DNA of 37,923 nucleotides. It comes from an archaeon. Its GTDB lineage: Archaea > Iainarchaeota > Iainarchaeia > Iainarchaeales > Iainarchaeaceae. The stretch spans positions 1 through 37,923 of the forward strand of contig JANLGZ010000019.1 in assembly GCA_024653905.1 (NCBI GenBank). The letters are read 5' to 3'. A program made the translations under genes and the position numbers. Shown here one piece after another: positions 18,713 through 27,517 of this stretch. Each line of letters starts with the position of its first letter. The stretch's first letter is position 1. The notes under the pieces are model-generated. The model did not search any database. It was not told the DNA's origin and worked only from the letters and a program-made list of their open reading frames with translations.

Positions 18713-18761
18713 ATCATGAATCTATCATGATAGTACATGAACAATCATGAATCAATCATGA
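18713..18761. repeat. five phased ATCATGA boxes (one TACATGA variant)
   Basis: Starts at 18713, 18724, 18734 (TACATGA), 18744, 18755; spacing 11/10/10/11. Confidence 0.8.
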
Positions 18762-19216
18762 AAGATGTCCTCAAAGAAAAACAATTACTGGATAAAATAA
18801 GCCCAAAGTTTCAGCAATTGAATGAGCTAGACGAAATCATGGAACAAGCGGATAACCCTAAGGTTTTAGCTGCTTTAATGTTCAGATTGATTCAGGAAAA
18901 AGAAAAAACCAATAGCTTGCTTGAAAACATTAATGAAAAATACGATAAAATAATGTTTTCAGTAAAAACCCAAAACCCCCTTGAAACCAATACGCAGGAA
19001 TCAAGAGATACACAGTTCGAGGTTCTTCCAGAACAAGATCAAATGATTTTGAAAATAGTGGAAGAACAAGGCCAATGCACAGCTAAAGACATTAAAACAA
19101 TGCTTAGCTACAAAGGTCTGAACGCAGCATGTCAAAGGCTGAACAAACTGTACAAGGAAGGCTACCTTAAAAAAGTCAAATCAGGAAGGAAGGTATTATA
19201 CTTAGCAAAATGCTAG
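18737..19216 (+). CDS. coiled-coil plus C-terminal winged-helix DNA-binding protein
   Basis: LPEQDQMILKIV...TAKDIK...NAACQRLNKLYKEGYLKKVKSGRKVLY; true start may be ATG 18758. Confidence 0.8.
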   Translation: MNNHESIMKDVLKEKQLLDKISPKFQQLNELDEIMEQADNPKVLAALMFRLIQEKEKTNSLLENINEKYDKIMFSVKTQNPLETNTQESRDTQFEVLPEQDQMILKIVEEQGQCTAKDIKTMLSYKGLNAACQRLNKLYKEGYLKKVKSGRKVLYLAKC

Positions 19217-19238
19217 GGCTAAAAAAAAGATGAGAGAG

Positions 19239-19290
19239 GAGTAGCACTTATTCTGAAACCCCCACCTCAGAGCTGCTCTTTTCCTTCTCT
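19239..19290 (+). terminator. bulged stem-loop followed by a pyrimidine tract
   Basis: GAGTAGC/GCTGCTC and TCTGA/TCAGA, loop AACCCCCACC. Confidence 0.45.
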
Positions 19291-19388
19291 TTACTTCTTT
19301 CAAAACACAAATACTATTTCTTTTCTTTTTCGCCAAAGTTTTTTTTCTTTAAAGAAAAATGTTGATTCTTAAGGTTTAAATATCACAA

Positions 19389-21182
19389 ATGCGATTAGAT
19401 AACATGGCATCGTTTGATATCGGGGATAAAAGCTCAGTAATTGGAAGAAGCATGAATGATATTGAAAAGTACGGCGATAAAGCCACTGCTTATTTTGGAA
19501 AAAGCGTCATGAGTTCAGGAGAAAAACCCGTTCTTGGAAGAAAAATTCTGATTGATATTGCAAAACCGCATGTAATGCTTATTTGCGGCAAAAGAGGCGG
19601 GGGGAAGTGCCTTGATGGGGATACTCTAATTACACTTGAAGACGGTTCTTTAATTAAAATTAAAAATTTGGAACAAGATACTAAAAAAATCATGGCACTT
19701 AATAATAACTTCAAAATTCAAAAAGCAGAAAAAACAAATTTTTACAAAAGAAAAGTAAACAAAATGTTAGAAATAACTCTGGCAAGTGGGAAAAAAATCA
19801 AACTTACACCAGAACATCCTCTGCTTACAAAAAAAGGATGGGCTCAAGCTAAAGATATAAAATTAAATACAAGAATTGCAACACAAAAAAAAATATGCGA
19901 AAAACAAAATATAATAGAAAATATAAACTCAAATCAAAAACAACTGCAAATAAAAAAACAGATTCAAGGAGATGTTCATTGGGATGAAATAAAAGAAAAA
20001 AAGAAATTAGAAGGAAATTTCCAAGTATATGATCTTACTGTGCCAAAATTCCACAACTTTGTCGCAAATGATATTATTGTTCATAACTCTTACTCAATGG
20101 CTGTTTTAATAGAGGAATTTGCAAGACAGCCAATTGATATTCGGAAAAGATTAAGCGTAATTGTAATTGACACTGTTGGAATTTTCTGGAGTTTAAAATT
20201 ACCAACAAAACAAGGAATTAAGGAACTTGAAAAATGGGATTTAAAACCTGAAAAAACAGATGTAAGAGTCCTTGTTCCGAAAGGAAAACTTGATTTTTAC
20301 AAGAAAAAAGAAATACCAATAGACGGAGCGTTCACTTTAAGAGTTTCAGAACTGGAAACAGCAGAATGGATGAGCCTGTTTAAACTTTCATGGAAAGACC
20401 CTGAAGCAATTTTATTATCAAGGATTGTTGATGAAGTAAAAGAAAAACTAGGAACACTTTATGGTTTGGATGAATTAATAACCGCAGCAAAAAATGACAA
20501 TGAATCAGAAAAAAATACGCGAGACGGAATAGCAGGAAGATTCAGAGCCGCAAAAACATGGGGTTTGTTTGAAAAAGAAGGAACTAAAATAAAAGAAATC
20601 GCAAAACCCGCAACAATAACCATAATCGATGTTTCGGCATACAGACAAGCTGTCGGAATGGAAGGAACAAGAGATGTTATTGTAGGACTTCTTGGAAAAA
20701 GGCTATTTGAGGAAAGGATGCTTTACAGAAAAGAAGAGGAAATCAGACAGACTAAAGGATTAACAAGAGAAAGTGATTTACCAATAATCTGGATGATGAT
20801 TGATGAAGCCCACATGTTCATGCCAAAAGACGAAGACAGTTTTGCACTTTCGGTTTTACTGGAATGGGTTAGAGTTGGAAGACAACCAGGACTTTCATTA
20901 TTACTGGCAACTCAAAGACCAAATAAATTACACCCTGATGCAATTTCACAATGCGATTTATTCATTTCACACAGAATGACCGCCCAACCAGACATTGATG
21001 CAGTAGCCCAATTAAGACCAAGTTATTTACACCAGGATTTTGACAAGTATTATCAGGAAATGCCACGAGCAAAAGGATATGCATTAGTTCTTGATGATCA
21101 AAGTGAAAAACTCTGGCTCATAAAAGTAAGGCCAAGATTTTCCTGGGACGCAGGAGTTACTGCAAGTGCGTTTAAGAATTAA
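19389..21182 (+). CDS. HerA/FtsK-family (DUF87-like) ATPase containing an intein
   Basis: Spliced Walker A GKRGGGK|S, VIVIDTVG, Walker B MMIDEAH, RVGRQPG, LLLATQRP; start may be ATG 19404. Confidence 0.88.
   Translation: MRLDNMASFDIGDKSSVIGRSMNDIEKYGDKATAYFGKSVMSSGEKPVLGRKILIDIAKPHVMLICGKRGGGKCLDGDTLITLEDGSLIKIKNLEQDTKKIMALNNNFKIQKAEKTNFYKRKVNKMLEITLASGKKIKLTPEHPLLTKKGWAQAKDIKLNTRIATQKKICEKQNIIENINSNQKQLQIKKQIQGDVHWDEIKEKKKLEGNFQVYDLTVPKFHNFVANDIIVHNSYSMAVLIEEFARQPIDIRKRLSVIVIDTVGIFWSLKLPTKQGIKELEKWDLKPEKTDVRVLVPKGKLDFYKKKEIPIDGAFTLRVSELETAEWMSLFKLSWKDPEAILLSRIVDEVKEKLGTLYGLDELITAAKNDNESEKNTRDGIAGRFRAAKTWGLFEKEGTKIKEIAKPATITIIDVSAYRQAVGMEGTRDVIVGLLGKRLFEERMLYRKEEEIRQTKGLTRESDLPIIWMMIDEAHMFMPKDEDSFALSVLLEWVRVGRQPGLSLLLATQRPNKLHPDAISQCDLFISHRMTAQPDIDAVAQLRPSYLHQDFDKYYQEMPRAKGYALVLDDQSEKLWLIKVRPRFSWDAGVTASAFKN
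19608..20087 (+). mobile_element. mini-intein (160 aa, no homing endonuclease)
   Basis: Block A CLDGDT, block B LTPEHPLL, block F VYDLTV, block G HNFVANDIIVHN, Ser+1. Confidence 0.93.
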
Positions 21183-21186
21183 CAAT

Positions 21187-22395
21187 TCAATTAATTTTTA
21201 AAACAAAATTATCTTTTTGAGGTTCACACTTTTCTGGTTCTAGAATAGTGTATGCTCCGTTTTCAGGCAAATTAAAAGCAGTTTCATTAAACACTACCAG
21301 AACAATTCCTTTTTCCAGAAGAGAATTCAAATCATTCCCTAAATTCAAAGGTTCTGCTACAATTCCTTGCGGATAAAAATAAACCCAATTATCACTTGCA
21401 ACTCTACATTCTTTCAGAAATTCCCCTTCAGGAAGAATAGGATTTGAAGGAGGATAATTTAACAGTATAACTATTGAAAACATGAAAAGCAAAATAATCA
21501 ATACTGATAAAAATTTCTTTATGTTTGGGTTTGTTGTTTTGGAAAGATTTAATGCCTGAGCAGGAACAAGCAGATTCAGGAACCTTAATTCTTTAATGCC
21601 CGAAAACAAAAACTGGATTGATGCAAAAATCGCAGCAAGATTATATTTTTTCGAAATTTCAAATCTCTTGTTTAATGCAAGGCTTATCAAAAAGAAAATT
21701 ATGATTATAATTGATAATAAATCAAAAGAACCAAACAAACCTTTCTGTGAAATGTTCAGAAAAATAGATTCTTTAACACTAAAAAAGGCATCTCCTGTTT
21801 CTGAATAATTATAAAATAACCATGGAAGCCAAAGCAGAATAACAGGCACAAAAAGTTTTGCCAAATTTTTTGGTTTTTCCTTATAAATTAAAATTAAACC
21901 ATAAAGAAAAAAATTATATCTTGCAAGAGTCGCCAAACCAAAAAAGAAACCCTTCTTTAATGGAGAATCAAATGCGAATGCCAAAAGCAAAAACGAAAGC
22001 GCAAACAAATCACTCCCTGCATTAGATTGAATAAGTATTATTGGAAACAAAAAAGAAAAGCCCGCAACCAAAAACTTATCTGAAAAACCTTTTTCTTTTA
22101 AATAAGTAAAAAGTATTGCAACAAAATAAAGTAAAGATGCTAGAGCAATTGAAAACAAAACTGAGAGATTGTTAGCTCCAAAAATACAATTAATAAAACC
22201 AGGAAGCGGGGGCCTCAACCATTCAAAATAAACTTGGTTTCCACAGAACCATTGACCCTGCAATTGATAAACAATCAAGTCCCATGAAAAACCGGAAAAT
22301 TGCTGTAATTGAAAAAACAAGAAAATAAAGAAGAATAAGATAAACCATTTGAAAGTAATGATTTTACGATTTAACTTATTGAATAAGCTTTTCAT
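21187..22395 (-). CDS. GT-C superfamily membrane glycosyltransferase (PMT/ArnT-like)
   Basis: SWDLIVY, EWLRPPL, GSDLF, LATLARY, KELRF; many TM helices. Confidence 0.78.
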   Translation of the reverse strand: MKSLFNKLNRKIITFKWFILFFFIFLFFQLQQFSGFSWDLIVYQLQGQWFCGNQVYFEWLRPPLPGFINCIFGANNLSVLFSIALASLLYFVAILFTYLKEKGFSDKFLVAGFSFLFPIILIQSNAGSDLFALSFLLLAFAFDSPLKKGFFFGLATLARYNFFLYGLILIYKEKPKNLAKLFVPVILLWLPWLFYNYSETGDAFFSVKESIFLNISQKGLFGSFDLLSIIIIIFFLISLALNKRFEISKKYNLAAIFASIQFLFSGIKELRFLNLLVPAQALNLSKTTNPNIKKFLSVLIILLFMFSIVILLNYPPSNPILPEGEFLKECRVASDNWVYFYPQGIVAEPLNLGNDLNSLLEKGIVLVVFNETAFNLPENGAYTILEPEKCEPQKDNFVLKIN

Positions 22396-22492
22396 GAATA
22401 GAATACTTAAGCTAAAATGGGTTTATAAATAATTGAATTCTCAAAAAAACAAGGTATACTTTGTTAATTTACTGACAAACGCCCTGCACGGT

Positions 22493-22996
22493 TTACAATA
22501 ACCCTTGTTTTATTTCCTCAGTAAATTTCAAAACATTGGTTTTTCCAACACTTTCCTTTTCAAGAACGCCTCTGTCAATAAGTTTCTGAACAACCCTGTG
22601 GCTTTTCACTTTAGTCATTCCGGGAAGCCTTGTAACCTCAGCCTGCAAAATTTTACCTTTGTTTTCAAGCAACAAATTCACTAATTTTTTTTCATCAGAA
22701 TTCAGAAGTTTCAGAATAACATCAGTATTTTTTTTCAAAGATTTTTCCTTGGATTCAACCTGCTGAGCCATTAAATAATAAGTACCAGCACCAATAAGCA
22801 AAGCGAAAGAAAGCATCAATGGAAGCGCAGTCTGCAAAAAATCAAGTTCTTGTTCATGAGGACAGCCCGCAATTAATGAACATTCTTCAGTATGTCCAGT
22901 CAAACCTAAAAAAGGAAAAATATTGAAAGCCAATACCAAAAATGATACAATAATAACAATTCCAATAATCACATTTTTGTTATTTGATGAAATCAT
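22493..22996 (-). CDS. two-TM membrane-anchored winged-helix regulator with Cys/His loop
   Basis: HTEECSLIAGCPH between TMs; LNSDEKKLV..GKILQAEV..MTKVKSHRVVQKLIDRGVLEKESVGKTN. Confidence 0.82.
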   Translation of the reverse strand: MISSNNKNVIIGIVIIVSFLVLAFNIFPFLGLTGHTEECSLIAGCPHEQELDFLQTALPLMLSFALLIGAGTYYLMAQQVESKEKSLKKNTDVILKLLNSDEKKLVNLLLENKGKILQAEVTRLPGMTKVKSHRVVQKLIDRGVLEKESVGKTNVLKFTEEIKQGLL

Positions 22997-23025
22997 AGCA
23001 ATATTTTATTGTAAATGTTTTAAAT

Positions 23026-23095
23026 TACCGCTTATTTCACGGTTTCATGAATCGCTATATATGGTTTCAGTACAAGTTACTTCAGTAAAAACCAT
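23026..23095. promoter_or_regulatory. divergent promoter with inverted repeats
   Basis: ACCG-N9-CGGT and ATGGTTT...AAACCAT; GGTTTCA repeated 22 bp apart around TATATA. Confidence 0.4.
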
Positions 23096-23112
23096 TTGAG
23101 AGGTGGTAATTT

Positions 23113-23796
23113 TTGGAAAAAACAATGAACACTGAGAAACTAGTATTTGCACTGGCATTTCTGGTTCTTGGAACAATGGCATTCAACATTTTCCTACAGG
23201 GAGAACTATCCCAACAGGTTGTTGAACAAAAAATACAAATACAATATTTGAGCCTGTCACAAAACACAGCTCAGCAAAGTAATAATAGCAATACAGCAGA
23301 AAATACTCAAACAGTGATTTCGTTTGAAGAATTCCTGCCAAAAGGAGTTCCAGCAATTTATGGAACAGAATTAGGAGTGAGTTTTGATAAACCAGTGGAA
23401 AGTCTGGCAGTAATGCAAGCACTGGACGGAGACCTCTATCAGGACGGAAAGCTGAAGTTTTCTGACCTTGACGATGCATCAAAACAGGACTTCATCAAAA
23501 TAGGAATGAGTATCTCATGCGAATACTGCTGCGGAGCAGAGTATATTGTGGCTCCAAATGGACAGCCGGCATGCGGATGTGCACACAGCGCTGCAATGAG
23601 AGGACTGATAAAATACCTTTTGATAAACCATAGAGGCGACTACACAAATGAACAGATCCTGGAACAACTAACGTTATGGAAAACAATGTTTTTTCCAAAA
23701 CAAATGTACCAGAAAACGATTCAGTTACAGGCTGAAGGCGGAAGCCTAACAGGAACTGTTTTGGATGAAATACCTGACATGGTAGGGGGCTGTTAA
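23113..23796 (+). CDS. membrane-anchored Cys-rich putative metal-binding protein, C-terminal PDMVGGC
   Basis: N-terminal TM; SCEYCC, ACGCAHSAAMRGL; GAGGTG RBS before TTG. Confidence 0.8.
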   Translation: MEKTMNTEKLVFALAFLVLGTMAFNIFLQGELSQQVVEQKIQIQYLSLSQNTAQQSNNSNTAENTQTVISFEEFLPKGVPAIYGTELGVSFDKPVESLAVMQALDGDLYQDGKLKFSDLDDASKQDFIKIGMSISCEYCCGAEYIVAPNGQPACGCAHSAAMRGLIKYLLINHRGDYTNEQILEQLTLWKTMFFPKQMYQKTIQLQAEGGSLTGTVLDEIPDMVGGC

Positions 23797-23797
23797 A

Positions 23798-24067
23798 ATG
23801 AGCGAAAAGAAAGACGAAAAAGTTTCAATGGATAAGAATACACTCATTGCATTATTTCTTGGAGCAATGTTTTTGTTAGCAGCATTCCAGACAGTACAGC
23901 TTTCTGAATTAAAACAAAATATATACACACAGAAAAATGAAATAAGTCAATTGAAAGGAACGGCTAATTTGGCAGCTGCCCCTGTGAAAACACAGACCGC
24001 AAGCAATGATTCTAGCGGAATTCCACAAAGCCTGCAGAATGTTCCTGATATGGTTGGGGGATGTTAA
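23798..24067 (+). CDS. small membrane-anchored protein, C-terminal PDMVGGC
   Basis: One TM, short coiled coil, linker, LQNVPDMVGGC. Confidence 0.8.
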   Translation: MSEKKDEKVSMDKNTLIALFLGAMFLLAAFQTVQLSELKQNIYTQKNEISQLKGTANLAAAPVKTQTASNDSSGIPQSLQNVPDMVGGC

Positions 24068-24508
24068 TTGCAGGACACAATAACTGAAAAAGTTGCCGGA
24101 GGCACATCAACAGCCTCCGGTGCCCTCAGTTTTTTGGGCGGATGGCAAGTATGCCACAATATTTGCCTTGGATTAATCGGCTTGCTCGCACTTATAGGAA
24201 TCAGTGTAGAGGGAATGCCTCTTGAATTCTTGCAAGTTTACGCAATACCATTATGGACAATTGCATTGGCACTTTTGGCATTCACAGGATATATGTATGC
24301 AAAACATAAATGTGTTTCAAAAAATATGCTGGCAATAAACACAGGACTAATAATTGCAGCAACACCTTTTCCTGAAGCAGATCCTTTCAGAATAGGATTG
24401 TGGATAATAGGATTCGGTTTGGTTGGAGTGGCAGTATACAATTACACAGAAAAAAAATTATCAAAAAAAGAGGAGGAAAAAGAATGTTGTCGTACACAAA
24501 CGCAATAA
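24068..24508 (+). CDS. MerC/MerT-like membrane protein
   Basis: Intramembrane CHNIC, about 4 TMs, C-terminal ECC. Confidence 0.62.
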   Translation: MQDTITEKVAGGTSTASGALSFLGGWQVCHNICLGLIGLLALIGISVEGMPLEFLQVYAIPLWTIALALLAFTGYMYAKHKCVSKNMLAINTGLIIAATPFPEADPFRIGLWIIGFGLVGVAVYNYTEKKLSKKEEEKECCRTQTQ

Positions 24509-24747
24509 TAGCATTAGTAATAATAGCCGGCTTGGTGATGGTTGGTTCAGCAGTATTGAATCTAAACACACCGCAACAAACAATCCAACAAAATAATTCA
24601 GTTAGGTTACAAAATACACAGGAAAATTATCAGGAATTTGTTTCGGCAGAATTAGCTGACAAATGTGCTGTTCCAGAAGGCTATACAGAAAAATCATGGA
24701 AAGAACACATGGGCCATCACCCTAATAGGTATGAAGGGTGTTTGTAG
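24484..24747 (+). CDS. small exported His/Met/Cys protein
   Basis: ATG 24484 after GAGGAGG; TM; CAVPEGYTEKSWKEHMGHHPNRYEGCL. Confidence 0.75.
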   Translation: MLSYTNAIIALVIIAGLVMVGSAVLNLNTPQQTIQQNNSVRLQNTQENYQEFVSAELADKCAVPEGYTEKSWKEHMGHHPNRYEGCL

Positions 24748-25190
24748 TGAAGAAATTTTTGTTGCCAGTATTTATAATAGGATTAATAATTCTATCCGGC
24801 TGTACACAATCAAATAATTCTGACAACACTAAAGTTGAGTTATACAAATCAGCCAGCTGCGGTTGCTGTTCAGGTTATGCGGCAGAAATGTCTGGAAAAA
24901 ATTTTAATGTTGAAAAAATCAACACCGAAAATATGAGCAACATAAAAACACAATACAATATACCAAGCAATATGCAAAGTTGTCATACTTCAATTATCGA
25001 AGGTTATTTTGTGGAGGGTCATGTTCCAATAGAAGCCGTGAATAAGCTTTTAGAAGAAAGACCAGATATTGATGGAATTGCTTTGCCTAGAATGCCTGCA
25101 GGAAGTCTTGGAATGCCAGGAGTAAAGCAGGGAAAATTCATTATATACGCACTAAAAAACGGAAACGCAACAGTTTTCATGGAAATTTGA
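24747..25190 (+). CDS. DUF411 (CopG-like) metal-binding lipoprotein
   Basis: LSGC lipobox, YKSASCGCC, SCHT, VEGHVP, MPAGSLGM. Confidence 0.9.
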   Translation: MKKFLLPVFIIGLIILSGCTQSNNSDNTKVELYKSASCGCCSGYAAEMSGKNFNVEKINTENMSNIKTQYNIPSNMQSCHTSIIEGYFVEGHVPIEAVNKLLEERPDIDGIALPRMPAGSLGMPGVKQGKFIIYALKNGNATVFMEI

Positions 25191-25199
25191 GGGGATTGA

Positions 25200-25652
25200 A
25201 TGGATGAAACAATTTTGAAAATACTAACAGCAGGAATAATGGGAATTTTCATAGGGTCATTGTTTACAATGGCTTTTATGCAAGACCATAACATGGAAGA
25301 CATGAACACCGATGCAAAAAGAACAGAATTCATTGAATTAAAAGAATCAATCCAAGGTGATTTAATGCCAAATACCAAATACAGATGTTGCTTAGAAAAA
25401 GCATGCACTTACTGCATTGAAAAAACTCCGGGGCATGGAGAAGACGCAGTTTGTGATTGTTTAGCAGATATACTAAATGGAGTTCATCCTTGCGGAGAAT
25501 GTATTGGGGAAATATTAGAAGGGCATGGCAATCCGCTTCTGGCAGAATATTTCGCGCGGGCAATTGCTGAAAAAGTCGGAGAAGCTCATAAGGAAACTTT
25601 GAAACAAATAATTTTTGAAAAATACGAGTTTCCACTAAAAGATCAATTATGA
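25200..25652 (+). CDS. membrane-anchored protein with 8-Cys domain
   Basis: CCLEKACTYC, CDC, HPCGEC. Confidence 0.75.
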   Translation: MDETILKILTAGIMGIFIGSLFTMAFMQDHNMEDMNTDAKRTEFIELKESIQGDLMPNTKYRCCLEKACTYCIEKTPGHGEDAVCDCLADILNGVHPCGECIGEILEGHGNPLLAEYFARAIAEKVGEAHKETLKQIIFEKYEFPLKDQL

Positions 25653-25666
25653 AAAAGTGATTCAAA

Positions 25667-26896
25667 ATGAAAAAACTGTTTACAATAGCCATTGCATTAA
25701 TCATTCTTTCTGCAATGGCTTCCTCTCACTCCGAACACAACAGCACTGAACTTGAAAGCCAACTTCAGCAAGTGGAAACAAATAACAGAGAAATAATTAT
25801 TTACAAGAACGAAGCATGCGGTCATTGCAATATATATTTGAAAGAATTCAGAAACTTTCTTTCACTACATGGTTATACTAAGGTTCAAGAAAAATTAATG
25901 ATAAATGATCCTGTAATAAGACAAGAAGTTGCAATGCTTCACAATGAAAGAAATGTACCCTTAGAAATGCAGGGACATATGGTAATTACTGTTGATGATT
26001 CACTTATTTTAGAAGGACACGTTCCAATTCCAATACTTGAGAATTTGTTTGAAGAATACAATGAAAAACTATTTCCAAAAATAGTGGTTTACCAGGATTT
26101 CATGCTTCCATTTGAAGATTTGGAATCTTATAAAACAATGAATGAACAAGGAGAAATACAAGAATGTGAAATTAAAGAGGATATATTAGAATGCTCTGAA
26201 CTTGGCGGAGAAATAATGCCAAAAGAGGCTTTACTCCCTTTAGTTATTTTCACGGGGTTAATTGATGGAATAAATCCATGTGCTTTTGGAGTATTGTTAT
26301 TCTTTATTGCATTTTTGTATACAATTAGACGTTCTAAAATGGAAATCTACAAGGTAGGGTTTGTTTTCATTTTCATGATTTTCCTAACCTACCTTTTGAT
26401 AGGTTTGGGTTTACTGCAGGCAATTCTCATTTCAGGAGTACCGCATTTATTTGGAAAAATCAGTACAGTTTTGATGCTAGCCCTTGCTTTGGTTAACATT
26501 AAAGATTATTTTTTCTATGGAAAATGGTTCTCGCTTAAAATCCCGTCATTCGCAGCACCAATTATAAAAGAAAGAATGAATGATATGACACTTGCAGGAG
26601 TTATAATCCTTGGTTTCTTAGTTGGATTATGCACCTTCCCTTGCTCAGGCGGAATTTATGTAGGAATACTTTCTTTGATGGCGATACAGACTACATTCAT
26701 CGAAGGTTTGGGTTTGCTGCTGCTTTACAATGTGATGTTTGTTGTACCCCTAATAATTATTCTGTTCGTTGCAAGCAATGAAAAAGTAGCAGACAAACTA
26801 AATGATTGGGAAAAGAATAACAAAAAGAATATGAAACTAGCATCTGGAATAGTGATGCTCATACTCGCAGCAATTTTGTGGTTTTTTTCATTTTAA
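25667..26896 (+). CDS. thioredoxin/DUF411-like domain fused to a CcdA/DsbD-like transmembrane domain
   Basis: CGHC, LEGHVP; DGINPCAF and CTFPCSGGIY in a 6-TM module. Confidence 0.82.
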   Translation: MKKLFTIAIALIILSAMASSHSEHNSTELESQLQQVETNNREIIIYKNEACGHCNIYLKEFRNFLSLHGYTKVQEKLMINDPVIRQEVAMLHNERNVPLEMQGHMVITVDDSLILEGHVPIPILENLFEEYNEKLFPKIVVYQDFMLPFEDLESYKTMNEQGEIQECEIKEDILECSELGGEIMPKEALLPLVIFTGLIDGINPCAFGVLLFFIAFLYTIRRSKMEIYKVGFVFIFMIFLTYLLIGLGLLQAILISGVPHLFGKISTVLMLALALVNIKDYFFYGKWFSLKIPSFAAPIIKERMNDMTLAGVIILGFLVGLCTFPCSGGIYVGILSLMAIQTTFIEGLGLLLLYNVMFVVPLIIILFVASNEKVADKLNDWEKNNKKNMKLASGIVMLILAAILWFFSF

Positions 26897-26908
26897 GGGG
26901 TTAGAAAA

Positions 26909-27055
26909 ATGAGCAAATGTTTTTGGTGCAGAAAAGAATTTGAAAAAGGAATTACAATGGATAAAAAAGAATTTTGTTCAGGGAAATGTGTTTCTGAATA
27001 CAAAGCAAAAACAAAAGAACTTTCAAATGACAGCAATACTTGTGAGTTCTGTTAA
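26909..27055 (+). CDS. TRASH/YHS-like metal-binding mini-protein (48 aa)
   Basis: Not in ORF track; MSKCFWCRKEFEKGITMDKKEFCSGKCVSEYKAKTKELSNDSNTCEFC; fits between neighbouring genes. Confidence 0.8.
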   Translation: MSKCFWCRKEFEKGITMDKKEFCSGKCVSEYKAKTKELSNDSNTCEFC

Positions 27056-27057
27056 AA

Positions 27058-27501
27058 ATGAACAAAAAAACAAAATACGAACTAATAACAGTTGGACTAG
27101 CAATATTGTTCTTTATAATCATGGGAACACCAACCGCATTAGTACCAAACCCGTTTCTAGAATATACTAGAATGATTGAGGCAACATTCTTTGACTATTT
27201 TTTTCTTGCAACAACATCAATAATGCTCGCAGTACTCATTTCATTGAAACTTTATTTCAAATCTGAAAAACAAATAGGCGCAAAAGAAGTTACGGGAGGA
27301 GTTGCAGGATTTGTTGCATTCAGCTGTCCGATATGCAACATGCTTTTAGTAGCACTTCTCGGCGGGGCAACAATAATGGCCTTTATTGAACCCCTAAGGC
27401 CGATACTTGGCATGGTTTCAATAGTTATTTTAGGTTACCTTATTTACAATACAGGGCAATGCAAAGAATGCACTGCCACAGAAACAACTACACAAGCATA
27501 A
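27058..27501 (+). CDS. four-TM membrane protein with intramembrane CxxC
   Basis: FSCPICN; C-terminal CKEC. Confidence 0.75.
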   Translation: MNKKTKYELITVGLAILFFIIMGTPTALVPNPFLEYTRMIEATFFDYFFLATTSIMLAVLISLKLYFKSEKQIGAKEVTGGVAGFVAFSCPICNMLLVALLGGATIMAFIEPLRPILGMVSIVILGYLIYNTGQCKECTATETTTQA

Positions 27502-27517
27502 ATAGGAGAGTGAAACT

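Noticed and set aside
18713..18761. CRISPR array
   Set aside because: Repeat unit is 7 bp with 3-4 bp spacers, and there are no cas genes in the window.
26940..27170. 76-aa + strand ORF
   Set aside because: Out-of-frame overlap of the TRASH mini-gene and the next membrane gene.
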